This document shows, one piece after another, positions 52,797-64,000 of a stretch of DNA of 64,000 nt (position 1 is the first letter of the stretch; every line of letters starts with the position of its first letter). The position numbers were made by a program, and so were the translations under genes. The stretch comes from Octopus vulgaris (taxonomy: Eukaryota), in assembly GCA_951406725.2 (NCBI GenBank), contig OX597843.1, positions 6,138,001 through 6,202,000 of the forward strand, written 5' to 3'. The notes under the pieces were generated by a model, which saw only the letters and a program-made list of their open reading frames with translations, searched no databases and was not told the DNA's origin.

Positions 52797-53104
52797 TTTC
52801 TGTCATGTTAAATCAGTTCGTTCTGTGTTAACTAGAAAAGAACAGGGATCATTATCGCTCCCGCTGCTGTTGGCTTCTTCTGGGTCCCACGGTGGGAGAA
52901 GAAAGAAGACAGTAGAGAGGGGGCGGCGGACCGCCGGCTCCCTCACGCTCGCTTATCCCCTACCACACCCCACTATTTTCTGCGTCACTTTATACACACC
53001 CTTTATATACACCCCTTCGCGTTCACACACCTTTTACATTCAACACTTTCAGACACGCCACCCCTCACATCCACCCACATGCTCCCTCTCCATCACTCTC
53101 ACAC

Positions 53105-53358
53105 TATATATATATATATATGTATGTATATATATATATATATGACAACGAGGGTGACTGTATATATATATATATACATATATACGTACATATACATACA
53201 TATATATATACATACATACATATATATATACATACATACATATATATATACATACATACATACATACATATACATACATACATATATACATACATACATA
53301 TACATACATACATACATACACATACATACATATACATACATACATACACATACATACA

Positions 53359-53392
<34 letters not shown>

Positions 53393-53551
53393 CATACATA
53401 CATATATACATACATATATATATACATACATATATACATACATATATATATACATACATACATACATATATATATATACATACATACATATACATGCATA
53501 CATACATATATATATATACATACATACATATACATGCATACATACAAACGG

Positions 53552-53585
<34 letters not shown>

Positions 53586-53660
53586 ATATATATATATCCG
53601 TCTGTATATGTATATATGTACATATACAGACGGATATATATAGAGAGAGATAGATCTATA

Positions 53661-53697
<37 letters not shown>

Positions 53698-53820
53698 GCA
53701 TATATACAGAGATATGTATATGCCTATATATTGAGACACAAAAATACACTCTCATACATACATACATATATATTTATATACACACATATGTACACCCACA
53801 CACACACACATATATATATA
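53105..53820. repeat. (TACA)n/(TA)n microsatellite
   Basis: Directly visible; a similar tract lies at 57030-57940. Confidence 0.95.
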
Positions 53821-54194
53821 AACGTTCTCGTCTGCTTTGTCCTACAATTGTCTCAGCCCCCGCCATCGTCGCTCTCCCACATCTCCGCCATTTTGTGTTA
53901 ATATTTTCACTAAATGTAACCAACGAACTTTCTTCCACATCACTTCTTGACGCATCTGTTGTTGTTCCTTGTATCCATTGTGCCGAATTGTGGCGGCGGC
54001 GGTGGTGGTGGTGGTAGTTGTGCTGGCGGTGGTATGTTGGTGATGGTAGCAATGGTAGTGGTGGTGGTGATTGTGGTAGTTGTAATGGTGGCGGTGGCAG
54101 TTGGGGTGGTGGTGGTGGTAGTTGTGGTGTTGGTGGTACAGTGGTTGGGGTTGGCGAGAGTTCCCTGTTGGTGATGCTGTAGTCTTATCCCGGT

Positions 54195-54983
54195 ATCCCA
54201 TATCATCATCTGGAAAAGATTTTCTAACTAGAAAGGGTGTGGCCTGGTCAGCCTGTAATGACATGCATAAGATCTAGTCATCAAATCTAAGTAGAGACTT
54301 CAAACTTAAAATCTTCAAAGCCACAGTCGAACCAATTCTACTATATGGCTCAGAAACCTGGACGTTATCAAAGAAGCTTGAGAGGCGGTTGGATGGAACC
54401 TACACTCGCCTCCTTATGAGAGCTCAAAATCTCTCGTGGAAGCACCATCCAACCAAAATGCAAATATATGGGAAACTACCACCTGTGTCATCTCTTGTGA
54501 AAGGTAGGAGAGTCCAGTTTGCTGAACATTGTTGTAGAGCTGAAAAAGAGGTAATCTCTACTCTTCTCCTCTGGAAGCCATCTACTCGCAATACCAGAGG
54601 GCGCACACTCTTTGAGAGGTGATTGGATGGAACCTACACTCGCCTCCTTATGAGAGCTCAAAATCTCTCGTGGAGGCGCCATCCAACCAAAATGCAAATA
54701 TATGGGAAACTACCACCTGTGTCATCTCTTGTGAAAGGTAGGAGAGTCCAGTTTGCTGGACATTGTTGTAGAGCTGAAAAAGAGGTAATTTCTACTCTTC
54801 TCCTCTGGAAGCCATTTACTCGCAATACCAGAGGGCGAACACTCTCCTACCCTGATGTAATCTCCAGGGATACAGGCATCCAGCAACAGGACCTCCGTAA
54901 TGCCATGATGGACCGTGAAGTCCGGCGTAGCATGGTAAATTCCATTGTCTCGACCACGGTCGAACAATGATGATGATGATGAT
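54195..54983 (+). mobile_element. RTE-like LINE 3' end with a 234-bp internal duplication
   Basis: KLKIFKATVEPILLYGSETWTL...LDGTYTRLL..AQNLSW..H...RRVQFAGHC; (TGA)n tail; 54380-54613 repeated from 54614. Confidence 0.9.
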
Positions 54984-54989
54984 CCCGGT

Positions 54990-55855
54990 AACGTTGTGTC
55001 CTAATCTTGACAATATATAACGTGGTGTCCTAATCTTGACAATATATAACGTGGTGTCCTAATCTTGACAATATATAACGTGGTGTCCTAATCTTGACAA
55101 TATATAACGTGTTGTCCTAATCTTGACAATATATAACGCGTTGTCCTAATCTTGACAATATATAACGCGTTGTCCTAATCTTGACAATATATAACGCGTT
55201 GTCCTAATCTTGACAATATATAACGCGGTGTCCTAATCTTGACAATATATAACGCGGTGTCCTAATCTTGACAATATATAACGCGGTGTCCTAATCTTGA
55301 CAATATATAACGTGGTGTCCTAATCTTGACAATATATAACGTGGTATCCTAATCTTGACAATATATAACGTGGTGTCCTAATCTTGACAATATATAACGT
55401 GGTGTCCTAATCTTGACAATATATAACGTGGTATCCTAATCTTGACAATATATAACGCGGTGTCCTAATCTTGACAATATATAACGTGGTATCCTAAACT
55501 TGACAATATATAACGTGGTATCCTAATCTTGACAATATATAACGTGGTATCCTAATCTTGACAATATATAACGTGGTATCCTAATCTTGACAATATATAA
55601 CGTGGTATCCTAATCTTGACAATATATAACGCGGTGTCCTAATCTTGACAATATATAACGTGGTGTCCTAATCTTGACAATATATAACGTGGTATCCTAA
55701 ACTTGACAATATATAACGTGGTGTCCTAATCTTGACAATATATAACGTGGTATCCTAATCTTGACAATATATAACGTGGTATCCTAATCTTGACAATATA
55801 TAACGCGGTGTCCTAATCTTGACAATATATAATGCGGTGTCCTAATCTTGACAAT
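54990..55855. repeat. 29-bp minisatellite, about 30 units
   Basis: Unit CCTAATCTTGACAATATATAACG(T/C)G(G/T)T(G/A)T. Confidence 0.97.
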
Positions 55856-56854
55856 GTGGAGCACTTGCAGAAAAACGCACAGCTTGGAACCGCTCGAATA
55901 CTCCGGATGGTGTTCGAAAAAATAAGGGGTGTCACCTTAGTTCACTGGTAGTGAACAGCTGACACCGTAGTACATGTCCAGCGTTAGAAGCTGTGCAAAG
56001 GCAATAATAATAATAATAATAATAATAATTAATTCTTTTATTGGCCACAAGGGTTGACAAAAATTAATTATAACAAAAAGGGACAAAACAGGACGAAAGG
56101 TTACAAAGTGTTTTAATGATGATAATAATCCTTTCTACTGGAGGCCTGAAATTTAGGGAGAGGAGACTAGTCGATGACATCAACCCCAGTTTTTTACTGG
56201 TACTTAATTTATTGACCCCCAAGAGGATGAAGGGCAAAGTCGGCTTGGTGGAATTCGACTTTGCCTTTCGATAATAATAATAATAATAATAATAGCCCTT
56301 TCTACTGGAAGCACACGGCCCCAAATTTGGGGAAAGTGATTAAGTCGATTGCATAGACCCCAGTGCGTGACTGGTACTTATTTCATCAACCCCTAAAGGA
56401 TGAAAGGCAAAGTTGACCTCTGTCTCTTTGTGTATCTATCTACCTACCTACCGACCTACCTACCTGTCTGTCAGCCTGTCAGCCTGTCTGTCTGTCTGTC
56501 AGCCTGTCTGTCTGTCTATCACACTCTCTTTCTATCTATTTATCTAACTGTGTGTTGTGTGTGCGGGTATGTTGTGTGTGTGTACGTGTATGTATGTTTG
56601 TCTATCTATAAACAAACACACACACACATGTATATAAAAACGTGCATATGTCTGTGTGTGTGAGTGAATGTGTGTATATGAGTGTGTGTATATGTGTATA
56701 CGTGCGCCGAAGTATGTATTTTGTTTCTGATGAGCAACTCCATTAGCGAAAGCGCAGATTCTTTGCTAATATGCTTCAAATATGTAAACGCCAATTACAC
56801 ACCCATACATACAAACACATACCTACACACACACATATATAGCAGTACATGCCG

Positions 56855-56897
<43 letters not shown>

Positions 56898-57197
56898 TAT
56901 ACATTACGGTATGTATGTAAAAAGAATATACACGCATTTTAGCGTTGCAAACGAGAGGCTTTCATACTCCACCCTAATAAGAATTAAATATACACTCAGT
57001 CGTTAATATCGCTCCTTCCTCACACATACACACACACAGACATACACCTACACACACACACACGCACACACACTCTCATCGCTCCACAGACACATACATA
57101 CACACACATATACATACATACAAATATACAAGTATATATATATATATAAATATATACATATATGTATATCTATATATATGAGTGTGTGTATGTATGC

Positions 57198-57244
<47 letters not shown>

Positions 57245-57946
57245 TATATATGCATATATACATATATATGTGGGTGTATATATATATATGCATATATACT
57301 CACACTCATATATACATATATATATATATATTTATACACGCAGACGTACATTGTACGCACACCATTAAGCGAGTACAATAGCTGTGTGTTTATGAGGTGG
57401 AAAGCTCTCTTTATAAACATCGTCGAAATGTATGGGTAATGACGCGGGTTCGATACCCATCGTAACTTTCACTCACCTCAGTAAACCCGCTAATGTGCAC
57501 CTCGTTTGGTTCGGGGCAACATGGGAGATTGCCGTCTTGATGCGTGTGTGTGTATATGCATACATACATACATATACATACATGCATACATATACATACA
57601 TACATACATACATGCATACATACATACATATATATATACATACATGCATACATACATACATATACATACATACATACACACACACACATCATACATGCAT
57701 ACATACACACATACATACATACACACATACATACATACATAATACATACATGCATACATACATGTATACATACATATACATACGCACATACATACATGCA
57801 TGCATGCATGCATGCATACATACATACATACATACATACATACATCATACACACACATACATACATACATCATACATACATACACACATACATACACACA
57901 TACACACACACATACACACATACATACATACATAGATATATACAAA

Positions 57947-58342
57947 GGCGGCGAGCTGGCAGAAACGTTAGCACGACGGGCTAAATGCTTAGCGGTATTT
58001 CGTCTGCCGCTGCGTTCTGGGTTCAAATTCCGCCGAGGTCGACTTTGCCTTTCATCCTTTCGGTGTCGATTAAATAAGTACCAGTTACGCACTGAAGTAG
58101 ATATAATCGACTTAATCCGTATGTCTGTCCTTGTTTGTCCCCTCTATGTTTAGCCCCTTGTGGGTAGTAAAGAAATAGGTATTTCGTCTGCTGCTACATT
58201 CTGAGTTCAAATTCCGCTGAGGTCGACTTTGCCTTTCAACCTTTCGGGGTCGATAAATTAAGTAACAGTTGCGTACTGGGGTCGATTTAATCGACTGACC
58301 CCCTTCCCAAAACTTTCGGGCCTTGTGTCAAGAGTAGAAAAG
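57947..58342 (+). mobile_element. SINE family B, full copy plus partial tandem copy
   Basis: GGCGGCGAGCTGGCAGAAACGTTAGC head, B-box-like GGTTCAAATTCC, central CCTTTCATCCTTTCGG.GTCGAT domain; other copies at 13485-13650, 15770-15930, 27810-27985 and 59983-60200. Confidence 0.85.
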
Positions 58343-58584
58343 AATGTTTAATATATCTAATATGCGTGACCCCGTAGCTATGGTGTTGTACTTACGATCT
58401 AGCGATTGGGGGGTTCGATTCCCAGACCGGCTGTGCATCGTGTTCTTGAGCAAAACACTTCATTTCACGTTGCTCCACTCCACTTCACTGTACGTGAGTA
58501 ACCCTAGCCTTCCGATCAAGAGGAATGTTGGCCTGCTTGCCTTTCCAACGGGGTGGCCATCATTCGAAAGCTTTTGAGCCATCG

Positions 58585-59010
58585 ATTTATCTTTCTATCT
58601 ACATATCTCGTCTGTCTGTCTGTCTAACTACCTACATACCTATCCATCCATCCATCTATCTATCTATTTATCTATCTACCTACCTATCTATCAATCTATC
58701 TATTTATCTATCCATCCATCCATCCATACCTATCTATCCATCTACATGTCTATCTATCCATCTATCTACATACATACATACATCCATCTATCTACCTATC
58801 TATCCATCTATCTCTCTGTCTGTCTATCTATATCTATCTACCTATCTCTCTGCGTGTCTATCTATCTATCAGTCTACCTGTATGTATCTGTCTGTCTATC
58901 TATGCATTTACTTGTCTATATATCTATCCATCCATTTGTCTATCTTGCCGTGTATCTATCTCTCTACAGACAGACGAACAGATAGATAGATAGATAGATA
59001 GAGATACAGA
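58585..59010. repeat. (TATC)n/(TCCA)n microsatellite
   Basis: Directly visible. Confidence 0.95.
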
Positions 59011-59396
59011 GAAAGAGAGGCTGGTAGACAGATCCAGATCGACAGACATAGAACCAAATTGCAAAAAAAACCGTAGTGTAGAGAGACAGGTGTGCTTTTG
59101 TGTGCAATACAATCGGTGAAGGTGACGGTTGTGATTTTAGGGTGTGGCCTATACCATGTGTGGGGGGTGTAGGGGTTCGTATGTCTGTCTGTCTGTGTGT
59201 CTATGCATTTATCACAAGAAAACCAGCTGCACAAACTGTAATATATATATGTTTGTGTGTGTGTGTATGAAGGAGAGACTATTCTATTGTGTCAACGCTG
59301 TGAATATTAAATGCCTAATTAGGAATAATAATAATAGTAGCAATAATAATAATAATAATAATAATAATTATTATTATTATTATTATTATTATTATT

Positions 59397-59954
59397 GAGT
59401 GAGAGAGCAGTTCATGCCATCAAAGTGACACTGGGGTAAAATATACGAAGCCCAGTATACCCATCATGACTACCCGTCTGATAAGGGTACACCAGGCACA
59501 TGCATCACAACCATATGTGCACCACATGGTGATCTCATATCAAGATAAACAGCACATGACCTTGCAGGTGGGGCCCAGTTAGAATTTTCTTCAGGTTGAG
59601 TAGCCCATCCCGCTCAAAAGGTCCCTGAATAAGGGTTGTTTAAGGATATTGAAAGAACCACCCATGTTTCCAGAGGTGAATTATTCAAACCCCAAAGAAT
59701 CCCTCTCAACACATGGCTATGATGCTCCCCCACTACTTCTGCCCGTGATCAGAGATGCACATATCGTCAGCCACCAAGGGACATGGTCAACTGGTGAAGG
59801 TCAAACAACTGACAAGCAAATCTGTGGTATTGAGCAGAATATTTGCTGTAAAACCCATCTTTTATACCAAAACAAAACAATGTACATGATAACACTTCCA
59901 ATCAGTTCAGATCAGAAGCCATGAGAGCCAGGGCCTGGGACTGCATCAGGGCAT
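59397..59954. mobile_element. ~560-bp non-coding element embedded in (ATT)n
   Basis: Complex sequence sharply bounded by (ATT)n on both sides; single copy in this window. Confidence 0.5.
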
Positions 59955-60321
59955 TTATTATTATTATTATTATTATCGAGGTGGCGGCGGGCTGGGAGAC
60001 ACGTGAGCACGCCGGGCGAAATGCTTAGCGGTATTTTGTCTGCCGTTACGTTCTGAGTTCAAATTCCGCCGAGGTCGACTTTGCCTTTCATCCCTTCGGA
60101 ATCGATAAAATAAGTACCAGTTACGCACTGGAGTCGATGTAATGTAATGGACCCAACCCATCCCCCAAAATGACTGCCAGCGTGGCAAAATTTGAAACCA
60201 CTATGACATGTACCTATTTTTAAATTTTTGTATATATTTATTATTATTTTTTTGCAAAAAAACAATGTAATTTTCTTTTTTTCCCCTCCTCAATTATAAA
60301 AAAATTTTCTTTTCACCTTAC

Positions 60322-60363
60322 AATTCTTGAAAAGTCGCATTGCGACGAAAACCGGTTAGAGTT
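60322..60363 (+). ncRNA. minimal type I hammerhead with U3-A8 covariant core
   Basis: AAUUC UUGAAAA GUCGC-AUU-GCGAC GAAA ACCGGU UA GAGUU. Confidence 0.6.
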
Positions 60364-60423
60364 AATATTAAAAAAAATTTCCATACACCCATTTTCATTC
60401 TGCCTTTTTATAATTTTTCCTTG

Positions 60424-60470
<47 letters not shown>

Positions 60471-60837
60471 CCTTCACCTTCGAAACGCAGAGTAGGTGAA
60501 ACCATGTCGACTGAAGAAGGGTTTTTTCCTTGTGTTATTTGTCCTGTACTCTATCTTTTCGTTGTTTAAGAAAAATGTCCATTTCCTTGGTTTTGTGTTT
60601 ATGTTTTCGTTTCTCATTGAGTTCGACGTTTTTTTGGTGTCCTGTACCCATATATGCGTGTATATATACATGTAGAGGTAGGTACATATATGTATGTATA
60701 TATGCATATGTTTTATTTAATGATTATATATATATATATAAAGGGAAAGTTTACGAAACTAAACAAAAGACGAAGGGAGGTGGAATATAAACAAACAATT
60801 GTATTAGTATGGCGCTCAGGAATAGAAATAAAACAAG

Positions 60838-60875
60838 TCTTTTACGTTTCGAGCCTACGCTCTTCAACAGAAAGA
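60838..60875 (-). ncRNA. minimal type I hammerhead-like motif (A6U core) in a ~195-bp TA-flanked element (60741-60938)
   Basis: UCUUU CUGUUGA A GAGC-GUAG-GCUC GAAAC GUA AAAGA. Confidence 0.6.
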
Positions 60876-60984
60876 TACACAGAAAAATACAAGGAGAGAA
60901 AAAAATGCGTGTATGAGCTAACGATCTATCATGGCGTCCTATATATATACGCGTGTGTGGTTGTACACATGTATGTATGAAGAT

Positions 60985-61516
60985 AGGTATATATGTATAT
61001 GCATATATACATATATATACATATACATATGCATATACATATACATATATATATGCATATACATATATATACATATACATATATATGCATATACATATAT
61101 ATGCATATACATACATATGCATATACATACATATGCATATACATACATATACATATATATACATATACATATATATACATATACATATATATGCATATAC
61201 ATATATATGCATATACATATATATGCATATACATATATATGCATATACATATATATATATACATATATATGCATATACATATATATATGCATATACATAT
61301 ATATATGCATATACATATATATATGCATATACATATATATATGCATATACATATATATATATATGCATATACATATATATACCTATACATATATATACAT
61401 ATATACCTATACATATATATACATATATACCTATACATATATATATACATATATACCTATACATATATATACATATATACCTATACATATATATACATAT
61501 ATATATATATATACCT

Positions 61517-61558
<42 letters not shown>

Positions 61559-61560
61559 AT
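60985..61560. repeat. TATACA/TATGCA compound microsatellite
   Basis: Directly visible. Confidence 0.95.
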
Positions 61561-61866
61561 ATAAATTTGTGTGTGTGCTCATATATCGCTGCATGAATCT
61601 ACCCGTCTGCGGGTACGCCTTTTTCTCATCGCTGTAAATGAAGTAATAAACTAACCACCCTACCCACACCCCACCCCACCCTGCTACTCCCTACCCCCAC
61701 CCATTGCACCCTAGACCCCCACCCCACCCCCGACAGCAGTCACGCCTCGTTAAGCAAGCTTGTTACAGTGTCTGGTTTCACTAAAGTCTCTCTAACCCGC
61801 GTCTGAAGTCATTCAGCCGTGACTTGGGTAGGAGATCCTCTCAGATCATCTCGCCTTTACATTCGC

Positions 61867-62596
61867 ACCACCACCAACACCACCACCAACACCAACGCCC
61901 ACAACTCCTACCATCATCATCATCATCATCATTATGATCATTTTCATCACCACCACCATCACCACCACCACTACCACCACCACCACCACCACCATTACCA
62001 CCACCACCACCACCACGACCACCATTACCATCACTACTACCACCATCACCACCACCACTACCACCACCACCACACAACCATTACCACCACCACAACCACT
62101 ACCACCACCACCACCACCACCACAACCATTACCACCATCACCACCACCACCACCACCACACAACCATTACCACCATCACCACCACACCACCACCACCACC
62201 ACACAACCATTACCACCATCACCACCACCACCACCACCATCACTACCACCACCACCACCACCACCACACAACCATTACCACCACCACCACCACCACAACA
62301 ACCATTACCACCACCATCACCACCACCACCACCATCACTACCACCACAACCACTACCACCACCACCACCACACAACCATTACCACCATCACCACCACCAC
62401 CACCACACAACCATTACCACCACCACCACCACCACCACCACCACCACCACACCACCACCACCACCACCACCACCACCACCACAACAACAACCATCACCAC
62501 CACCACCACCACCACTACCACCACAACCACAACTACCACCACCACCACCACTACCACCACCACTACCACCACTACCACTACCACCACCACCACCAC
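61867..62596. repeat. (CCA)n tract
   Basis: Directly visible; a similar (ACC/ACT)n tract lies at 63475-64000. Confidence 0.95.
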
Positions 62597-62778
62597 TCTC
62601 TAGGCGTCTTCTCGCCTCGTCCTTCTCCTCATTGCCACCACAACCACCAGTAACACAGCTTATAAAGAGGCCGTTCGGTGTGCGCGACATAGCAGCCAGA
62701 ACTTCCTTAATGTCTTCAAAGAACGAAGGACTTATTAGAGTAAGAAACCCATGGGTACACCAAGGGAAAAGAAATAGA

Positions 62779-63472
62779 AAAAGACAGGATGGTCACAGCT
62801 GGAACGTCTTTGATCATAGGTCTGTCTGGATCAGGACTGACCTGGGGCTAAACAACAGCAATAAGGAAGGACACATTAGATAATGTAGTCCTAGATACAC
62901 TATGTCTGAATAAAAGACAGGATGGTCACAGCTGGAACGTCTTTGATCATAGGTCTGTCTGGATCAGGACTGACCTGGGGCTAAACAACAGCAATAAGGA
63001 AGGACACATTAGATAATGTAGTCCTAGATACACTATGTCTGAATAAAAGACAGGATGGTCACAGCTGGAACGTCTTTGATCATAGGTCTGTCTGGATCAG
63101 GACTGACCTGGGGCTAAACAACAGCAATAAGGAAGGACACATTAGATAATGTAGTCCTAGATACACTATGTCTGAATAAAAGACAGGATGGTCACAGCTG
63201 GAACGTCTTTGATCATAGGTCTGTCTGGATCAGGACTGACCTGGGGCTAAACAACAGCAATAAGGAAGGACACATTAGATAATGTAGTCCTAGATACACT
63301 ATGTCTGAATAAAAGACAGGATGGTCACAGCTGGAACATCTTTGATCATAAGTCTGCTGGATCAGGACTGACCTGGGGTTAAACACTATGCCTGAACCAT
63401 AGACGGGATGGTCACAACTGGAGCATCTTTGATCAGAGGTCTGTCTGGATCAGTCTGACCTGGGGCTAAACA
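62779..63472. repeat. 133-bp satellite, same family as 42698-44220
   Basis: AAGACAGGATGGTCACAG at 62781, 62914, 63047 and onward; about 4 near-identical units plus a degenerate end. Confidence 0.95.
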
Positions 63473-63926
63473 CCGTCACCACCAGCACCACCACTACCAC
63501 CATAACCTATACTAGCGCCTATACGATAACCCCTATAAACCACTGTTATTACTTCAGTTGCTATTTTACAACCACCACCACCACCTCTGGAACTACTACT
63601 ACTACTACTATTATTACCACCACCACCACCACAACAACTACTGCTATTACAACCAGCACCACCACTACTATCACCACCACCACTATAACTACTACTACTA
63701 CCACCACAACAACAACAAATACTACTGCTTCTACAGCTATCACCACCACCACCACGACTACAATCACCACCACCACCATCATCACTACTACTACTACTAC
63801 AACTACCTCCACCTCCACTACTACTACCATCGCCACCACGATCACTACTACTACTACTATAACTACAAGTACCACCATCAGTACTACTATTACTACAACG
63901 GCTACCACCACCACCGCCACCACCAT

Positions 63927-63959
<33 letters not shown>

Positions 63960-64000
63960 AACTGCCACCACCACCACTACTACAACGGCTACCACCACCA

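Noticed and set aside
54990-55855. CRISPR-like array, or bacterial TTGACA/TATA promoter repeats
   Set aside because: Units are contiguous with no unique spacers, there are no cas genes, and the context is eukaryotic; box spacing is wrong for sigma70
59880-59950. Faint resemblance to U2 snRNA words
   Set aside because: No branch-point recognition sequence or Sm site; similarity too short
60471-60535. CCTTCGAAAC...CTGAAGAAGGG as a permuted hammerhead
   Set aside because: Stems I and III cannot be formed in register; at most a 5'-truncated remnant
61819-62883. 354-aa poly-His/Thr/Pro ORF (similar ORFs at 52221-52811 and 63561-63998)
   Set aside because: (CCA)n repeat running into a satellite; no domain and no splice support

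Overview
This is a repeat-dense animal genomic window, most likely a coleoid cephalopod (octopus-like). That assignment is inferred from the SINE families, the extreme microsatellite load and the C2H2 zinc-finger cluster. Most listed ORFs are microsatellite artefacts. Supported content: (1) damaged C2H2-ZnF genes inside an inverted duplication (8461-17230 vs 22430-28082), plus a direct duplication (16947-22418 vs 29551-38967); (2) exons of an uncharacterised minus-strand gene (39970-39795 and 35275-34049) with a decayed paralog; (3) fragments of Penelope, CR1, RTE, Tx1/L1 and R4/Dong retroelements, mariner, hAT and Merlin-like MITEs, Helitrons, four SINE families and several satellites. Two RNA-level signals stand out. 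First, hammerhead-ribozyme folds occur in five distinct sequence contexts, all with non-canonical catalytic cores, including a full-length type I hammerhead in a ~360-bp non-coding tandem repeat (retrozyme-like). Second, a 161-nt G-U-rich rod-like hairpin with Pol III-like features is identical in both arms of the otherwise diverged duplication and is homologous to the head of an abundant SINE. All folds and alignments were done by eye, and repeat boundaries are approximate.
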